A stretch of 63,902 bases of DNA, the filler included, from Octopus bimaculoides (taxonomy: Eukaryota), in the NCBI RefSeq assembly GCF_001194135.2. It is 4 parts of 4 records of this genome, joined end to end, with 100 filler letters (N's around TTAATTAATTAA, not from the genome) between each part and the next. Parts side by side here need not be neighbours in the genome. Positions count along the whole stretch, not along the records: positions 31,814 to 53,122 come from NC_068986.1; positions 53,223 to 62,633 come from NC_068988.1; positions 62,734 to 63,902 come from NC_068983.1; 1 more part is not named here. The stretch is one strand, 5' to 3'. Shown in pieces: positions 51,781-63,902 of this stretch (its first letter is position 1; each line of letters begins with the position of its first letter). A program made the translations under genes and the position numbers. A model generated the notes under the pieces. The model was given only the letters and a program-made list of their open reading frames with translations, was not told the DNA's origin and searched no databases.

Positions 51781-53473
51781 GTTCGTTATAATTTGCGTGG
51801 AAAATTGTAAATAATAATGAATTTCCTTGTTTTTCGGTTAACATATGCTAATCTGTTTAGAAAATCCTTACTGAGATTTAGAGTTTTGTAATGGCGGTAA
51901 AGTGTCTGAAATACCTGCGTGTCACGACTCACTCATCAACCTTTGCCTTGCTCTAACGGTTTCTGATCTAGGTACTAGAGTAGTAATTTCGCGGGCAGGA
52001 AGTAATCGAAACCTTATACCTCAGTATTTGACTAGTTCATTTCTTTATCGACCCATCACTAATGCAAGTTAAACCTCACCTCAATGAGAATTGAACCCAA
52101 ATCAAAGAGAAACAAGCTTAATACGGCAAGGCATTTTTTGTACGACGCTGTAACAATTTTGTCAGCTTGTCCATCTCTGCCTCTCTATAACAACAATTTA
52201 GTATTTATTTTCTTCTCTAGGCACAATGCCCAAATTTTTTGGAGGTGGGGGGGTCAGTCGATTAGATCAATCCCAGTATGCGACTGGTACTTAATCCATC
52301 GACCCCGGAAGGATGAAAGGCAAGGTTGACCTCAGCGGAACTTGAACTCAGAACGTAATGAGAGACGAAATACTGCTAAGCATTTCGCCCGGCGCGCTAA
52401 TGTTTCTATCAGCTCGTCGCTTTACCAATTTGGTATATCGGAACACAAATACTTGGCAGAAATGCATAGTTGAAAATGCAATCCACCATAATTTGAGCAT
52501 ATGCCGTGCAGAGAACACCAGGAAAATTTGAAGATCAAGTAATAATTCCTCACCTGAGAAATGGTCAAAATATAATTCATTGAGACACTTTGCTCTTTAG
52601 TTGCGTATCTCCAAATTATGAATAGAAATCATAAAAGAAAGGAATCGAGGTTTCACTTTCCTTCACCATATTTTTGCAAGATTTTCTAAACGTAACAATC
52701 GCCATTATATTAGCGTCAATTGAATGAAACACGCTCATGATCTTCAAATATATGGGCTCTATCACACAGTGTTACCTCATTAATACAGGGATTAGAAATT
52801 ACAGCTGCTCTTAGATTAGATGCAGAGAGATTGCTTGTAAAATATTCTATAGAATTCCATTCAAATAAAAGATCTGAGATAAATGTTCGTACATGTGAAC
52901 GGCAAAAGTTAATTTGAATTGCCACAGAATGTAAATAACGCTGCTTAAAAATAACATAAGTAGATTTGCATGCGTGCGCGCAAACAAACACGGAGACACA
53001 CGCACGCACAACATCATATACGAACATAGGCACATATACAAACCTATCTACATTAGAAATATTTTTTAAATGTCATTATGGGGGAGGGGTAGAGACACCA
53101 ATGTGTATATATATATATATATNNNNNNNNNNNNNNNNNNNNNNNNNNNNNNNNNNNNNNNNNNNNTTAATTAATTAANNNNNNNNNNNNNNNNNNNNNN
53201 NNNNNNNNNNNNNNNNNNNNNNCTCGTCCCCCCTTCTCCTCGTCCTCCTTTTCGTTCTATATTTTCAATTTCTTCCTTTATCTGTTCTTCCTCCACCCCC
53301 TCTTTCTACTGTTTTAAAACCGATTTCAACACTCCTTCACCTCTCCCTCCTCTTCTTTCCACCTCAGAAATACCTTCTTTATTCGCAACTTTCCAAAAAC
53401 AACAACAACAACAACAATCATAGATTTAATGACTAATTAAATTGATGTCTTTAAGTTGAAACAGAATGCTTAG

Positions 53474-53563
53474 CGTGTCTCTCCGTGTCTCTCCATGTCT
53501 CTCCATGTCTCTTCGAGTTTCTTCGTGTCTCTTCGAGTTTCTTCGTGTCTCTTCGTGTCTCTC
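53474..53563. repeat. 10-bp minisatellite x9 (CGTGTCTCTY and variants)
   Basis: Read directly from the sequence. Variant units are CATGTCTCTC and CGAGTTTCTT. Confidence 0.9.
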
Positions 53564-53715
53564 CGTATACGTCGTACAATAGACTTAAATCATTACACCG
53601 CCATTTCTAATTCTTTAACTAGCATTGAAAAGCGATATGTCTAATCCAATTAGTAGCTAAACATTTGGGATTATGTTTACATGAAGAGCCACAGAATCTT
53701 TAATCTGTGACCACC

Positions 53716-53805
53716 TTCTTCTTCTTCTTCTTCTTCTTCTTCTTCTTCTTCTTCTTCTTCTTCTTCTTCTTCTTCTTCTTCTTCTTCTTCTTCTTCTTCT
53801 TCTTC
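53716..53805. repeat. Pure (TTC)30 microsatellite
   Basis: Uninterrupted 90 bp. It produces the poly-Phe pseudo-ORF. Confidence 0.97.
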
Positions 53806-54010
53806 TCCATTGCTAGCATTTTCTTCCAATTGAATGAATGTCTTTCCTGTTGTTTATTGTGTCAATTTGACATGATGAGGGAACAACAACAACAACAACA
53901 GAAACAACAACAAAACAATAACAACAATAATAACCATACAACCACACTTTAAAATATTTATATGCTTGAGTGTATGTGTCTCTCTCTCTATCTATCTGCC
54001 TGTCTGTCTC

Positions 54011-54082
<72 letters not shown>

Positions 54083-54682
54083 TGTACATACATACACGCA
54101 TGTATGTATATAAATATATATATACACGCGCGCGTGTGTGTGTGTGTGTGAACACGTATTTATACATGCATTCAAACCTAATAGCTATTTTTTCACGTTT
54201 CTTTGTAGACAGTAATGTTTCGATAATTTCTTGCTGTAGATATGGGCAGAAATTTGTTTGGGTGCAAATTTTGTCTTTCTTAGTAAAACATGTACGTATC
54301 TTTGTAAATAACCATCTCTCAAATGATATATTGAACACCCAACTAAAAGCATACCATTTTTAAATGTGTATCATTTAAGATTTTATGACGAAATTATACA
54401 AAATTATACAATAAATTTTCATCTTCAAAACTTTATGCACACATCCTCTTACTTGGTACGCTCATCGTAAAACATGTACGCGAGCACAAGTGCACAGCTT
54501 GGAAGGAAAAGCAGTTGTAATCATGAATTTTTATTTAATTATTGTTAAATTTTGAGTGAGTACTCTGGTGAATCTTTAAGCCTCTGTCTTATCATTAAAG
54601 TGCACTACATACACTATATGTGTGTAACATGTATAGACCTGTATTATTCTTATACGCCATGGCGTTCTTCAGAGTATAAGTT

Positions 54683-54958
54683 ACCACCCACCGGGCCGCA
54701 GACCTGTACCGGGCCGCGTATCATTCAGTACTGGGCCGCACGAAAACAACGCACTAAAAATTTTTTATTGACTATTCCAGTCTTTAGGATGTTTTTGTTT
54801 TACATATATATTGTATATATGATATATATGTACTATATTTGTGGTAACTAAATTATATATTATACACTTTGCGTTTTGTTATGAGCTTGATACCCTCGTG
54901 TGAAAAAATTGTCTTTTATGAAACTGGTCGGTGGTACAAAAAAGGTTGGCAATTGCTG
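54683..54958. mobile_element. hAT-Charlie-like MITE
   Basis: Three GGGCCGC subterminal motifs at the left end and ...GGTACAAAAAAGGTTGGCAATTGCTG at the right end, resembling Charlie/MER1-type termini. Confidence 0.55.
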
Positions 54959-55401
54959 CTTTAGAGGTCATTTCAATATTGCGAAGAAGATCTTATGCAA
55001 TGGATGCATTTCCCTATAATATATTACGCAGACGACCTGAAATGTACGCATTAAATGATTTCAAAATATCACTGCTGGCTGGGATTTATATATGTNNNNN
55101 NNNNNNNNNNNNNNNNNNNNNNNNNNNNNNNNNNNNNNNNNNNNNNNNNNNNNNNNNNNNNNNNNNNNNNNNNNNNNNNNNNNNNNNNNNNNNNNNNNNN
55201 NNNNNNNNNNNNNNNNNNNNNNNNNNNNNNNNNNNNNNNNNNNNNNNNNNNNNNNNNNNNNNNNNNNNNNNNNNNNNNNNNNNNNNNNNNNNNNNNNNNN
55301 NNNNNNNNNNNNNNNNNNNNNNNNNNNNNNNNNNNNNNNNNNNNNNNNNNNNNNNNNNNNNNNNNNNNNNNNNNNNNNNNNNNNNNNNNNNNNNNNNNNN
55401 N

Positions 55402-55432
<31 letters not shown>

Positions 55433-55911
55433 TATGTGGGTATGTATAGAGAGAATGAGAGACACACACACACAGACAGACAAACAAACAGACTGACCAA
55501 GAGAGAAAAAGACAGACAGACAGGTAGCAAACGAAAGATAATTTCTTTTCGCTTCAACCGACTCGTTTTGCCATAGATGCAATATTTTTTCTTCAATGAT
55601 AACTGATGATACCACTCCAAATATAAGTATTGGTAGAAAAAAAAATTCTGCGTATGTGACCAATGGGTGAATGTCACACGCTTTATTTCATATTATATTA
55701 TATTATTGTATTTCATTTCATTTTTGTGAGTTTTCTGCTTTTGTTTGAATCTCTTCTCTAATATTCACAGAGACTAGTATGTAAATTATTCATGGTGCAC
55801 TTTGGAAACTTTTATGATTCGAAATAGACGTTGAAGAGCAATATTTCCAACACGTGTCTGACTTTTCCTGTCTGTGCATATTGTATGAGCATATATATAT
55901 ATATATATATA

Positions 55912-55945
<34 letters not shown>

Positions 55946-57625
55946 ATAATAATAATTATTATTATTATTATCTCCCCTTCTCNNNNNNNNNNNNNNNNNN
56001 NNNNNNNNNNNNNNNNNNNNNNNNNNNNNNNNNNNNNNNNNNNNNNNNNNNNNNNNNNNNNNNNNNNNNNNNNNNNNNNNNNNNNNNNNNNNNNNNNNNN
56101 NNNNNNNNNNNNNNNNNNNNNNNNNNNNNNNNNNNNNNNNNNNNNNNNNNNNNNNNNNNNNNNNNNNNNNNNNNNNNNNNNNNNNNNNNNNNNNNNNNNN
56201 NNNNNNNNNNNNNNNNNNNNNNNNNNNNNNNNNNNNNNNNNNNNNNNNNNNNNNNNNNNNNNNNNNNNNNNNNNNNNNNNNNNNNNNNNNNNNNNNNNNN
56301 NNNNNNNNNNNNNNNNNNNNNNNNNNNNNNNNNNNNNNNNNNNNNNNNNNNNNNNNNNNNNNNNNNNNNNNNNNNNNNNNNNNNNNNNNNNNNNNNNNNN
56401 NNNNNNNNNNNNNNNNNNNNNNNNNNNNNNNNNNNNNNNNNNNNNNNNNNNNNNNNNNNNNNNNNNNNNNNNNNNNNNNNNNNNNNNNNNNNNNNNNNNN
56501 NNNNNNNNNNNNNNNNNNNNNNNNNNNNNNNNNNNNNNNNNNNNNNNNNNNNNNNNNNNNNNNNNNNNNNNNNNNNNNNNNNNNNNNNNNNNNNNNNNNN
56601 NNNGATATTATGTTAAACTGTCAAAATTTGGCCAAATGCGGGGTTTTTTTTCTTCACTATTTGATTCTGCTTGCAATAGCCGGTTCTTTTGGTCAAACTA
56701 TTTCTTCCAGCTGCTTCAGAGGAAAGTTGCCAAAATGTATTATAACAGTTTAGCATTTTTCAAAAGTGTAAAAAGTCTCACATACGACAATTTTGCAAAA
56801 GTATTTCTGACTGAAAATGTCACACATGCATGAAGTTACAATTTTATGCACCCAACAAAGTATTATTATTAAGCTGAAACTGTTGCTAATGTAAAGAGAA
56901 ATGGAATGGTGAAACTATTTCTTCGTTTGCTGAAAAAAAAACAAAAAAAAAACAAGGTTTTGGACTTACGACACTTTTGCATAATAGCAACGATATATAT
57001 ATAGTGTGGTTAGTTCACATAACTGAGTAAGAAGCGTTGGGCTGCTTTCTCGGTTTCTCTGGTATATTCCTTCCTGAATGAGATGCTGCTCAGTCACATG
57101 ATTACTCATCTTTTACCAACTGAGTGGACTGCAGCATCGTGAAATGAAGTGTTTTACTCAAAAAACAGAATGCATCAAAAGCACCAAGGAATCGAAACCA
57201 CAATTTTACGATCATGAGTGCAACACGCTAACCACTGAGTCATACGACTTCATGTCTGTGTGTATGTGTGTGTGTGCGCGCGCGCGCGTATGTGTATGTG
57301 CGCGCGCGTATGTGTGTGTGCGTGCGTGTACATATGTACGCACATATATGTATATATGCATAAGCATTTATCTATCTGTCATCTTTAAGCATTTCCTATT
57401 TCCCCGCCCTCTCTTTCTAACAACCTGTCTATCTCTATCACCTTATCTCTCTCCTTGTGACACACGCACACACACACACACACATACACACATACATACA
57501 CACATACACACATACATACACACATCTTTCTCTCGCGTTATTCTTTCCTATTACCTTCTCTGTTTCTTCTTTCCTCTTCTTCCTACTCTTCTGTCACTTT
57601 GCTAGTTTCATTTCTCTTTCAGTCA

Positions 57626-57689
<64 letters not shown>

Positions 57690-57816
57690 ACTTTGATCCT
57701 GTTCTCCCCACTCCCACCACACTCATTTACTATCTTTTTTTTACATTTCTTCCTAACTATATTTCCAACTAGTACACACACACACATACGCACACACAAA
57801 CATACACCAGACTATA

Positions 57817-57854
<38 letters not shown>

Positions 57855-59626
57855 TCACACACACACAAACGTATTTGTTTTCTTTTTAATATTTTCTTTT
57901 TTNNNNNNNNNNNNNNNNNNNNNNNNNNNNNNNNNNNNNNNNNNNNNNNNNNNNNNNNNNNNNNNNNNNNNNNNNNNNNNNNNNNNNNNNNNNNNNNNNN
58001 NNNNNNNNNNNNNNNNNNNNNNNNNNNNNNNNNNNNNNNNNNNNNNNNNNNNNNNNNNNNNNNNNNNNNNNNNNNNNNNNNNNNNNNNNNNNNNNNNNNN
58101 NNNNNNNNNNNNNNNNNNNNNNNNNNNNNNNNNNNNNNNNNNNNNNNNNNNNNNNNNNNNNNNNNNNNNNNNNNNNNNNNNNNNNNNNNNNNNNNNNNNN
58201 NNNNNNNNNNNNNNNNNNNNNNNNNNNNNNNNNNNNNNNNNNNNNNNNNNNNNNNNNNNNNNNNNNNNNNNNNNNNNNNNNNNNNNNNNNNNNNNNNNNN
58301 NNNNNNNNNNNNNNNNNNNNNNNNNNNNNNNNNNNNNNNNNNNNNNNNNNNNNNNNNNNNNNNNNNNNNNNNNNNNNNNNNNNNNNNNNNNNNNNNNNNN
58401 NNNNNNNNNNNNNNNNNNNNNNNNNNNNNNNNNNNNNNNNNNNNNNNNNNNNNNNNNNNNNNNNNNNNNNNNNNNNNNNNNNNNNNNNNNNNNNNNNNNN
58501 NNNNNNNNNNNNNNNNNNNNNNNNNNNNNNNNNNNNNNNNNNNNNNNNNNNNNNNNNNNNNNNNNNNNNNNNNNNNNNNNNNNNNNNNNNNNNNNNNNNN
58601 NNNNNNNNNNNNNNNNNNNNNNNNNNNNNNNNNNNNNNNNNNNNNNNNNNNNNNNNNNNNNNNNNNNNNNNNNNNNNNNNNNNNNNNNNNNNNNNNNNNN
58701 NNNNNNNNNNNNNNNNNNNNNNNNNNNNNNNNNNNNNNNNNNNNNNNNNNNNNNNNNNNNNNNNNNNNNNNNNNNNNNNNNNNNNNNNNNNNNNNNNNNN
58801 NNNNNNNNNNNNNNNNNNNNNNNNNNNNNNNNNNNNNNNNNNNNTGAGCAAAAACACCTAAAGCTCCACGAGACTCCGGCAGGGTATGGTGGCGAACCCT
58901 GCTGTACTCTTTCACCACAACATTCTCTCAATCTTACTTCCTGTTTCTGTTGTACCTGTAATTCAAAGGGTCAGCCTTGTCACACTGTGTCACGCTGAAT
59001 ATCCCCGAGAACTACGTTAAGGGTACACGTATCTGTGGAGTGCTCAGCCACTTGCACGTTAATTTCACGAGCAGGCTGCTCCGTTGATCGGATCAACTGG
59101 AACCCTCGACGTCGTAAGCGACGGAGTGCCAACAACAACAACAATATATGCATGAATGGCCTCAGTTAAGGATCTGTCTTTCTCTACTGTTTTTCCATCG
59201 ATCTCTCCGATGACGAAGTGCTTGGATTACGTGAATTCGTTACACATTAACGTGATCCACTTGCTCAGCTATTCTAGAGACAGTTGTGTATAGGCTCTAC
59301 TCATCTACCGTAACTGTTCTATGCTTTATTTATTACGAATTAAATATCCTCGAGTAACGCTTTGCTTGCCTGTCTTTCATTTTTTTTATCTATTCAGAGA
59401 GCGCTGTGTTTGAGAGGCAATTTCAAAACCTCATTGCCTTTTGCAGTTCAAGCTGGACTTTTAGTGGCAAACCGATCTGAGCGCTCATTCTACGTACCTG
59501 CGTGTGTATACATACATACGTTGAGTATATAGCGATAAATCACTCAGGTGGGTGCCATACGAGCATTCAGTTATAATCTTGGGTTCACTTCACTGGATTA
59601 TGAATATTTTCGGGAGTAAACATACA

Positions 59627-59661
<35 letters not shown>

Positions 59662-60567
59662 NNNNNNNNNNNNNNNNNNNNNNNNNNNNNNNNNNNNNNN
59701 NNNNNNNNNNNNNNNNNNNNNNNNNNNNNNNNNNNNNNNNNNNNNNNNNNNNNNNNNNNNNNNNNNNNNNNNNNNNNNNNNNNNNNNNNNNNNNNNNNNN
59801 NNNNNNNNNNNNNNNNNNNNNNNNNNNNNNNNNNNNNNNNNNNNNNNNNNNNNNNNNNNNNNNNNNNNNNNNNNNNNNNNNNNNNNNNNNNNNNNNNNNN
59901 NNNNNNNNNNNNNNNNNNNNNNNNNNNNNNNNNNNNNNNNNNNNNNNNNNNNNNNNNNNNNNNNNNNNNNNNNNNNNNNNNNNNNNNNNNNNNNNNNNNN
60001 NNNNNNNNNNNNNNNNNNNNNNNNNNNNNNNNNNNNNNNNNNNNNNNNNNNNNNNNNNNNNNNNNNNNNNNNNNNNNNNNNNNNNNNNNNNNNNNNNNNN
60101 NNNNNNNNNNNNNNNNNNNNNNNNNNNNNNNNNNNNNNNNNNNNNNNNNNNNNNNNNNNNNNNNNNNNNNNNNNNNNNNNNNNNNNNNNNNNNNNNNNNN
60201 NNNNNNNNNNNNNNNNNNNNNNNNNNNNNNNNNNNNNNNNNNNNNNNNNNNNNNNNNNNNNNNNNNNNNNNNNNNNNNNNNNNNNNNNNNNNNNNNNNNN
60301 NNNNNNNNNNNNNNNNNNNNNNNNNNNNNNNNNNNNNNNNNNNNNNNNNNNNNNNNNNNNNNNNNNNNNNNNNNNNNNNNNNNNNNNNNNNNNNNNNNNN
60401 NNNNNNNNNNNNNNNNNNNNNNNNNNNNNNNNNNNNNNNNNNNNNNNNNNNNNNNNNNNNNNNNNNNNNNNNNNTGGGATCTTGGGAAAATGTTTTTACT
60501 ATAGCCTCGGGCCGACCAAAGAAGCCTGTCGTATATGTATGTATGTATGTGTATGTGTGTGTGTGTG

Positions 60568-60612
<45 letters not shown>

Positions 60613-60899
60613 AAGAAATTATTTCTTTTTTGCTACTTTCACAAAGATAAAAATTAAAAGTAAAATAAACTGAGATATTCAACATCTCTTTATATTCTAG
60701 TAAACAGCATTTAATGACAGAAAAAAAAGAACAGCTAATAGCTTCTTTGTGCTTAATGAGATTTCTTTGGTTTAAAAATTGCTACTTCTATATTTGACAA
60801 AGATCGTTATCGGCCATTTTTGTTCACTGATAACACAGGCTACAATTCCTATTCTAATCCCGGCAAAGATTTTTTAAAAACAATCTTTTATCGTTTAAC

Positions 60900-61421
60900 T
60901 TGTTTTTGATTTTTTTTACTTGTTTTAGTCATTTCACTGAGGTCATGCTGGAGCACCGCCTTAAAGGTTTTCAGCCAAAGAAATCGACCCTGGCACTTTT
61001 TTTAAAGAGTGGTACTTATTCAGAAACACTATTGACAACGAGGAGGCACGAGGAGACAAAAATCATCTGCGAAGATGGAATGATCGACATATATGGCTGT
61101 GTGATAAGAATCGTGCTTCTCAACTACATGGTTCCGGGTTCAGTCCCACTGCGAGGCACCTTGGGCAAGTGTCTTCTAGTATAGCCTCGGGCCGACCAAA
61201 GCTTTGTGAGTGGATTTGATAGACGGAAACTGAAAGAAGCCCATCGTATATGTGTGTGGGTGCGTGTGTGTGTCTTTGTGTCCGTTTTTGTCCCCTCATC
61301 ACCGCTTAACGACCGGTGTTGGTGTGTTTATGTACCCGTAAACTAGCAGACCACCAAAAGAGACCGATAAGATAAGCACTAAGATTAAAAAAATAATTCC
61401 TGGGGTCAATTTGTTCGACTA
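60900..61421. mobile_element. Two adjacent SINE family A pieces: 3' end on - (60900-61060) and a near-full copy on + (61090-61421)
   Basis: Homologous to the other family A copies. CpGs are retained (GGTTCCGGG, CCTCGGGCCGACC). Confidence 0.8.
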
Positions 61422-61633
61422 NNNNNNNNNNNNNNNNNNNNNNNNNNNNNNNNNNNNNNNNNNNNNNNNNNNNNNNNNNNNNNNNNNNNNNNNNNNNNNN
61501 NNNNNNNNNNNNNNNNNNNNNNNNNNNNNNNNNNNNNNNNNNNNNNNNNNNNNNNNNNNNNNNNNNNNNNNNNNNNNNNNNNNNNNNNNNNNNNNNNNNN
61601 NNNNNNNNNNNNNNNNNNNNNTACATACAGATG

Positions 61634-61683
<50 letters not shown>

Positions 61684-61867
61684 CAGATAGATAGATAGAT
61701 AGATATACGCACACCCACATATATACAAACACGTATTCACACAGATACCAAGACAAAGGCAAACATGCACACATTATGGATTGTCCATGCAGTCATACAA
61801 TACGTACGGTATGCACATAAAGTCACGTAATACGGAGTTTCCATGCACGCTTCAGATGTGAAATATA

Positions 61868-62233
61868 CAAAAGTCAACATACATAGGAAAAATTTGTTTT
61901 TTAATAAGAAACAGTTTATAAGACACCCTAGATCCCCCGATCTGAGCCCTTTTGATTTCTATCTTTAGGGGCATTTGGAAGGCATGGTGTATCGCGGAAA
62001 GATAAAAGACATAAAGAATTTGAAGGAACGCATCACCAACTCCTTTGCACACGTATCACCAGATGTGCTATTACGAGTTCACAATGAGTGGGGTAAACGT
62101 ATTGCAATGTGTATTCAAAACAATGGTAACTATATAGAGCCTGTTAAATAAAAAAAAAACAACCTTTTCTTATAAACTGTTTCTTATAAAAAGATAAATT
62201 GTTCCTGTGTATGGCGACTTTTGAATCACCCTG
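61868..62233 (+). mobile_element. Tc1/mariner-superfamily deletion derivative retaining the transposase C-terminus
   Basis: 61921-62151 translates PRSPDLSPFDFYL*GHLEGMVYRGKIKDIKNLKERIT...RIAMCIQNNGNYIEPVK* (WPPRSPDL-type motif). Inverted repeats lie at 61868-61921 and 62170-62233. The right end ...GAATCACCCTG is followed by TA. Confidence 0.88.
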
Positions 62234-62594
62234 TACATATATTTCTACACGAAGTGTATTCAACATTGTATGAAGCAACACACAAATCCATTCAGTAACA
62301 AGTAGGAATTTGACATATGTAGACAACTCTAATGCCTTAGATGTGCACCATGTCAAACAGTAAGAAAGTGTTTACACAAACGTACAGTATAAAGAATATA
62401 TAGATCTAAAGCCATAGAGTATATGATATACACATATATATATATGTGTGTGTGTGGGGGTGTACTTATATATATATGATGCATTAACACATACACAGAT
62501 ATATAAGTGCATATATATATATATATGTGTGTGTATATATATATGTATATATATATATACATATATATCTACACACACATATATATATATATAT

Positions 62595-62633
<39 letters not shown>

Positions 62634-63902
62634 NNNNNNNNNNNNNNNNNNNNNNNNNNNNNNNNNNNNNNNNNNNNTTAATTAATTAANNNNNNNNNNN
62701 NNNNNNNNNNNNNNNNNNNNNNNNNNNNNNNNNAAAAAAAATAAATAAGTGTAAAGATAACATCAACAACAACAACAGCAGCAGCAGCAGCAGGCGCAGC
62801 AGGAGCAGCAACAGCAACCAAACAATTGAATTAAAATATTAACGAAAGTAAGACTGAAAGAGAAAGAAAAAATGGTAGAAAAGATAAAAGAAAACCATTA
62901 CAAAAAGAGAAGAGTTACTGAAGTAACTTTTTCAATGAAATATTCTTCCTGAAAAATCTACATTATCTCTTTTTTTATATAGATTCTTAAAGACAGGAAA
63001 AAATTAGAAAAATTTCTACTAGCTGCCATATTGTTAGAGAAATACTTACCGTTTGAAAGGTGCTCAAAATAATAATGAAAGAGAAAAAGTAGAGACTAAT
63101 TTCCGTTAGAGTTAGAAAAACACAATAGCAGCACGTTGATTTTAGCGCTTATAACCCAGGGAATAATATTTGTTTAAAGAATTATTGCAAATATACGTCT
63201 GGTACGAGAAATCAACAGATGTAGGGGAAGATCGGTGGAAGTGGTGGCAAATAAATAGCAGACGACAGGGGTTCTCGAATGAAATGAAATAAAAAGGAAA
63301 ACAAAGTAGGTTGAGTGTACTTTGTGGATCAAACAGGTGGGGGAAGTTCTACAGTAAAGAAAAGAGAGACAAAGAGAACGAATAATATAAGAGACAAAAG
63401 TCAGAAAGGAAAAATTTTTAAAAAACAAATAGAGGGGAAGATTGTGAAACTGAGAGAAAACAAAAGAAGAAAGGAGTGTATGTATAAGTGTGAGTAAACA
63501 CACACATACACACACACACACGTATATATAAATATTAATAGCGAATGAAGCAATATTAATCCCAAAAGGCAATCTTTATTTACGATATCAGTGCCTCAAA
63601 AGATACTGAAATGCTATATGTCGTTGATAGTGAGATTCAGCTGTTATGCCGCGCCCGGACGTCTGCCATTGAGGAGACCGGCCAGGTCGAAATCACGTCA
63701 GCTGGCTGTTCCGACCTCTGTAACAGACGATTCTCGTCTGCCAACGATATAAATAGGAGTGTTTTTGTGCATCATGCGTCTATATGAGGTCTTCTCAAGA
63801 TAAATGGTGCAGTATTCGGTCCTCTAACAAAACATCTACGTTAAGTTGGACATGGATATGTGCGTTTGTGTGTGTGTGTGTTTGTGCGTGTGTGTGTTTG
63901 TG

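Noticed and set aside
1-63902. Most ORFs in the supplied track (poly-V, YI, CV, HT, LSIY, poly-D/M/I and X-filled ORFs)
   Set aside because: They are translations of (TA)n, (TG)n, (ATCT)n and (CAT)n microsatellites or N gaps, with no protein-like complexity.

Overview
AT-rich, microsatellite-saturated, gapped animal genomic DNA. The SINE families and repeat density suggest a coleoid cephalopod such as Octopus (inference, not a database match). Only one host coding exon is recognisable: the 301-nt first coding exon of an endosomal/organellar Na+/H+ exchanger (SLC9A6/7/9, NHE6/7/9 family) at 14092-14392 (+). I could not find later exons in the ~49 kb of readable sequence downstream. The rest is repeat-derived: at least five tRNA-type SINE families, restriction-like-endonuclease LINE fragments (an R4/Dong-like cluster at (TAA)n and a CRE/NeSL-like cluster at (ACAT)n), CR1 and RTE remnants, deleted mariner and Tc1-like elements, piggyBac-like and hAT-like MITEs, minisatellites and scaffold gaps. 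Nearly all ORFs in the supplied track are microsatellite or N-run artefacts. Four observations stand out. (1) A fold-back element at 5221-5593 carries two inverted Penelope-type minimal hammerhead ribozyme motifs around a tRNA-like head. (2) An unrelated SINE at 51191-51557 has the same inverted-tail/head/tail layout. (3) CpG decay in SINE copies alternates by domain, which suggests gene-body methylation domains and switches at a synthetic scaffold linker near 31.7 kb. (4) A hairpin at 1499-1616 is capped by telomere-like repeats. Repeat boundaries are read by eye and are approximate (about +/-10-20 bp) unless stated as exact.
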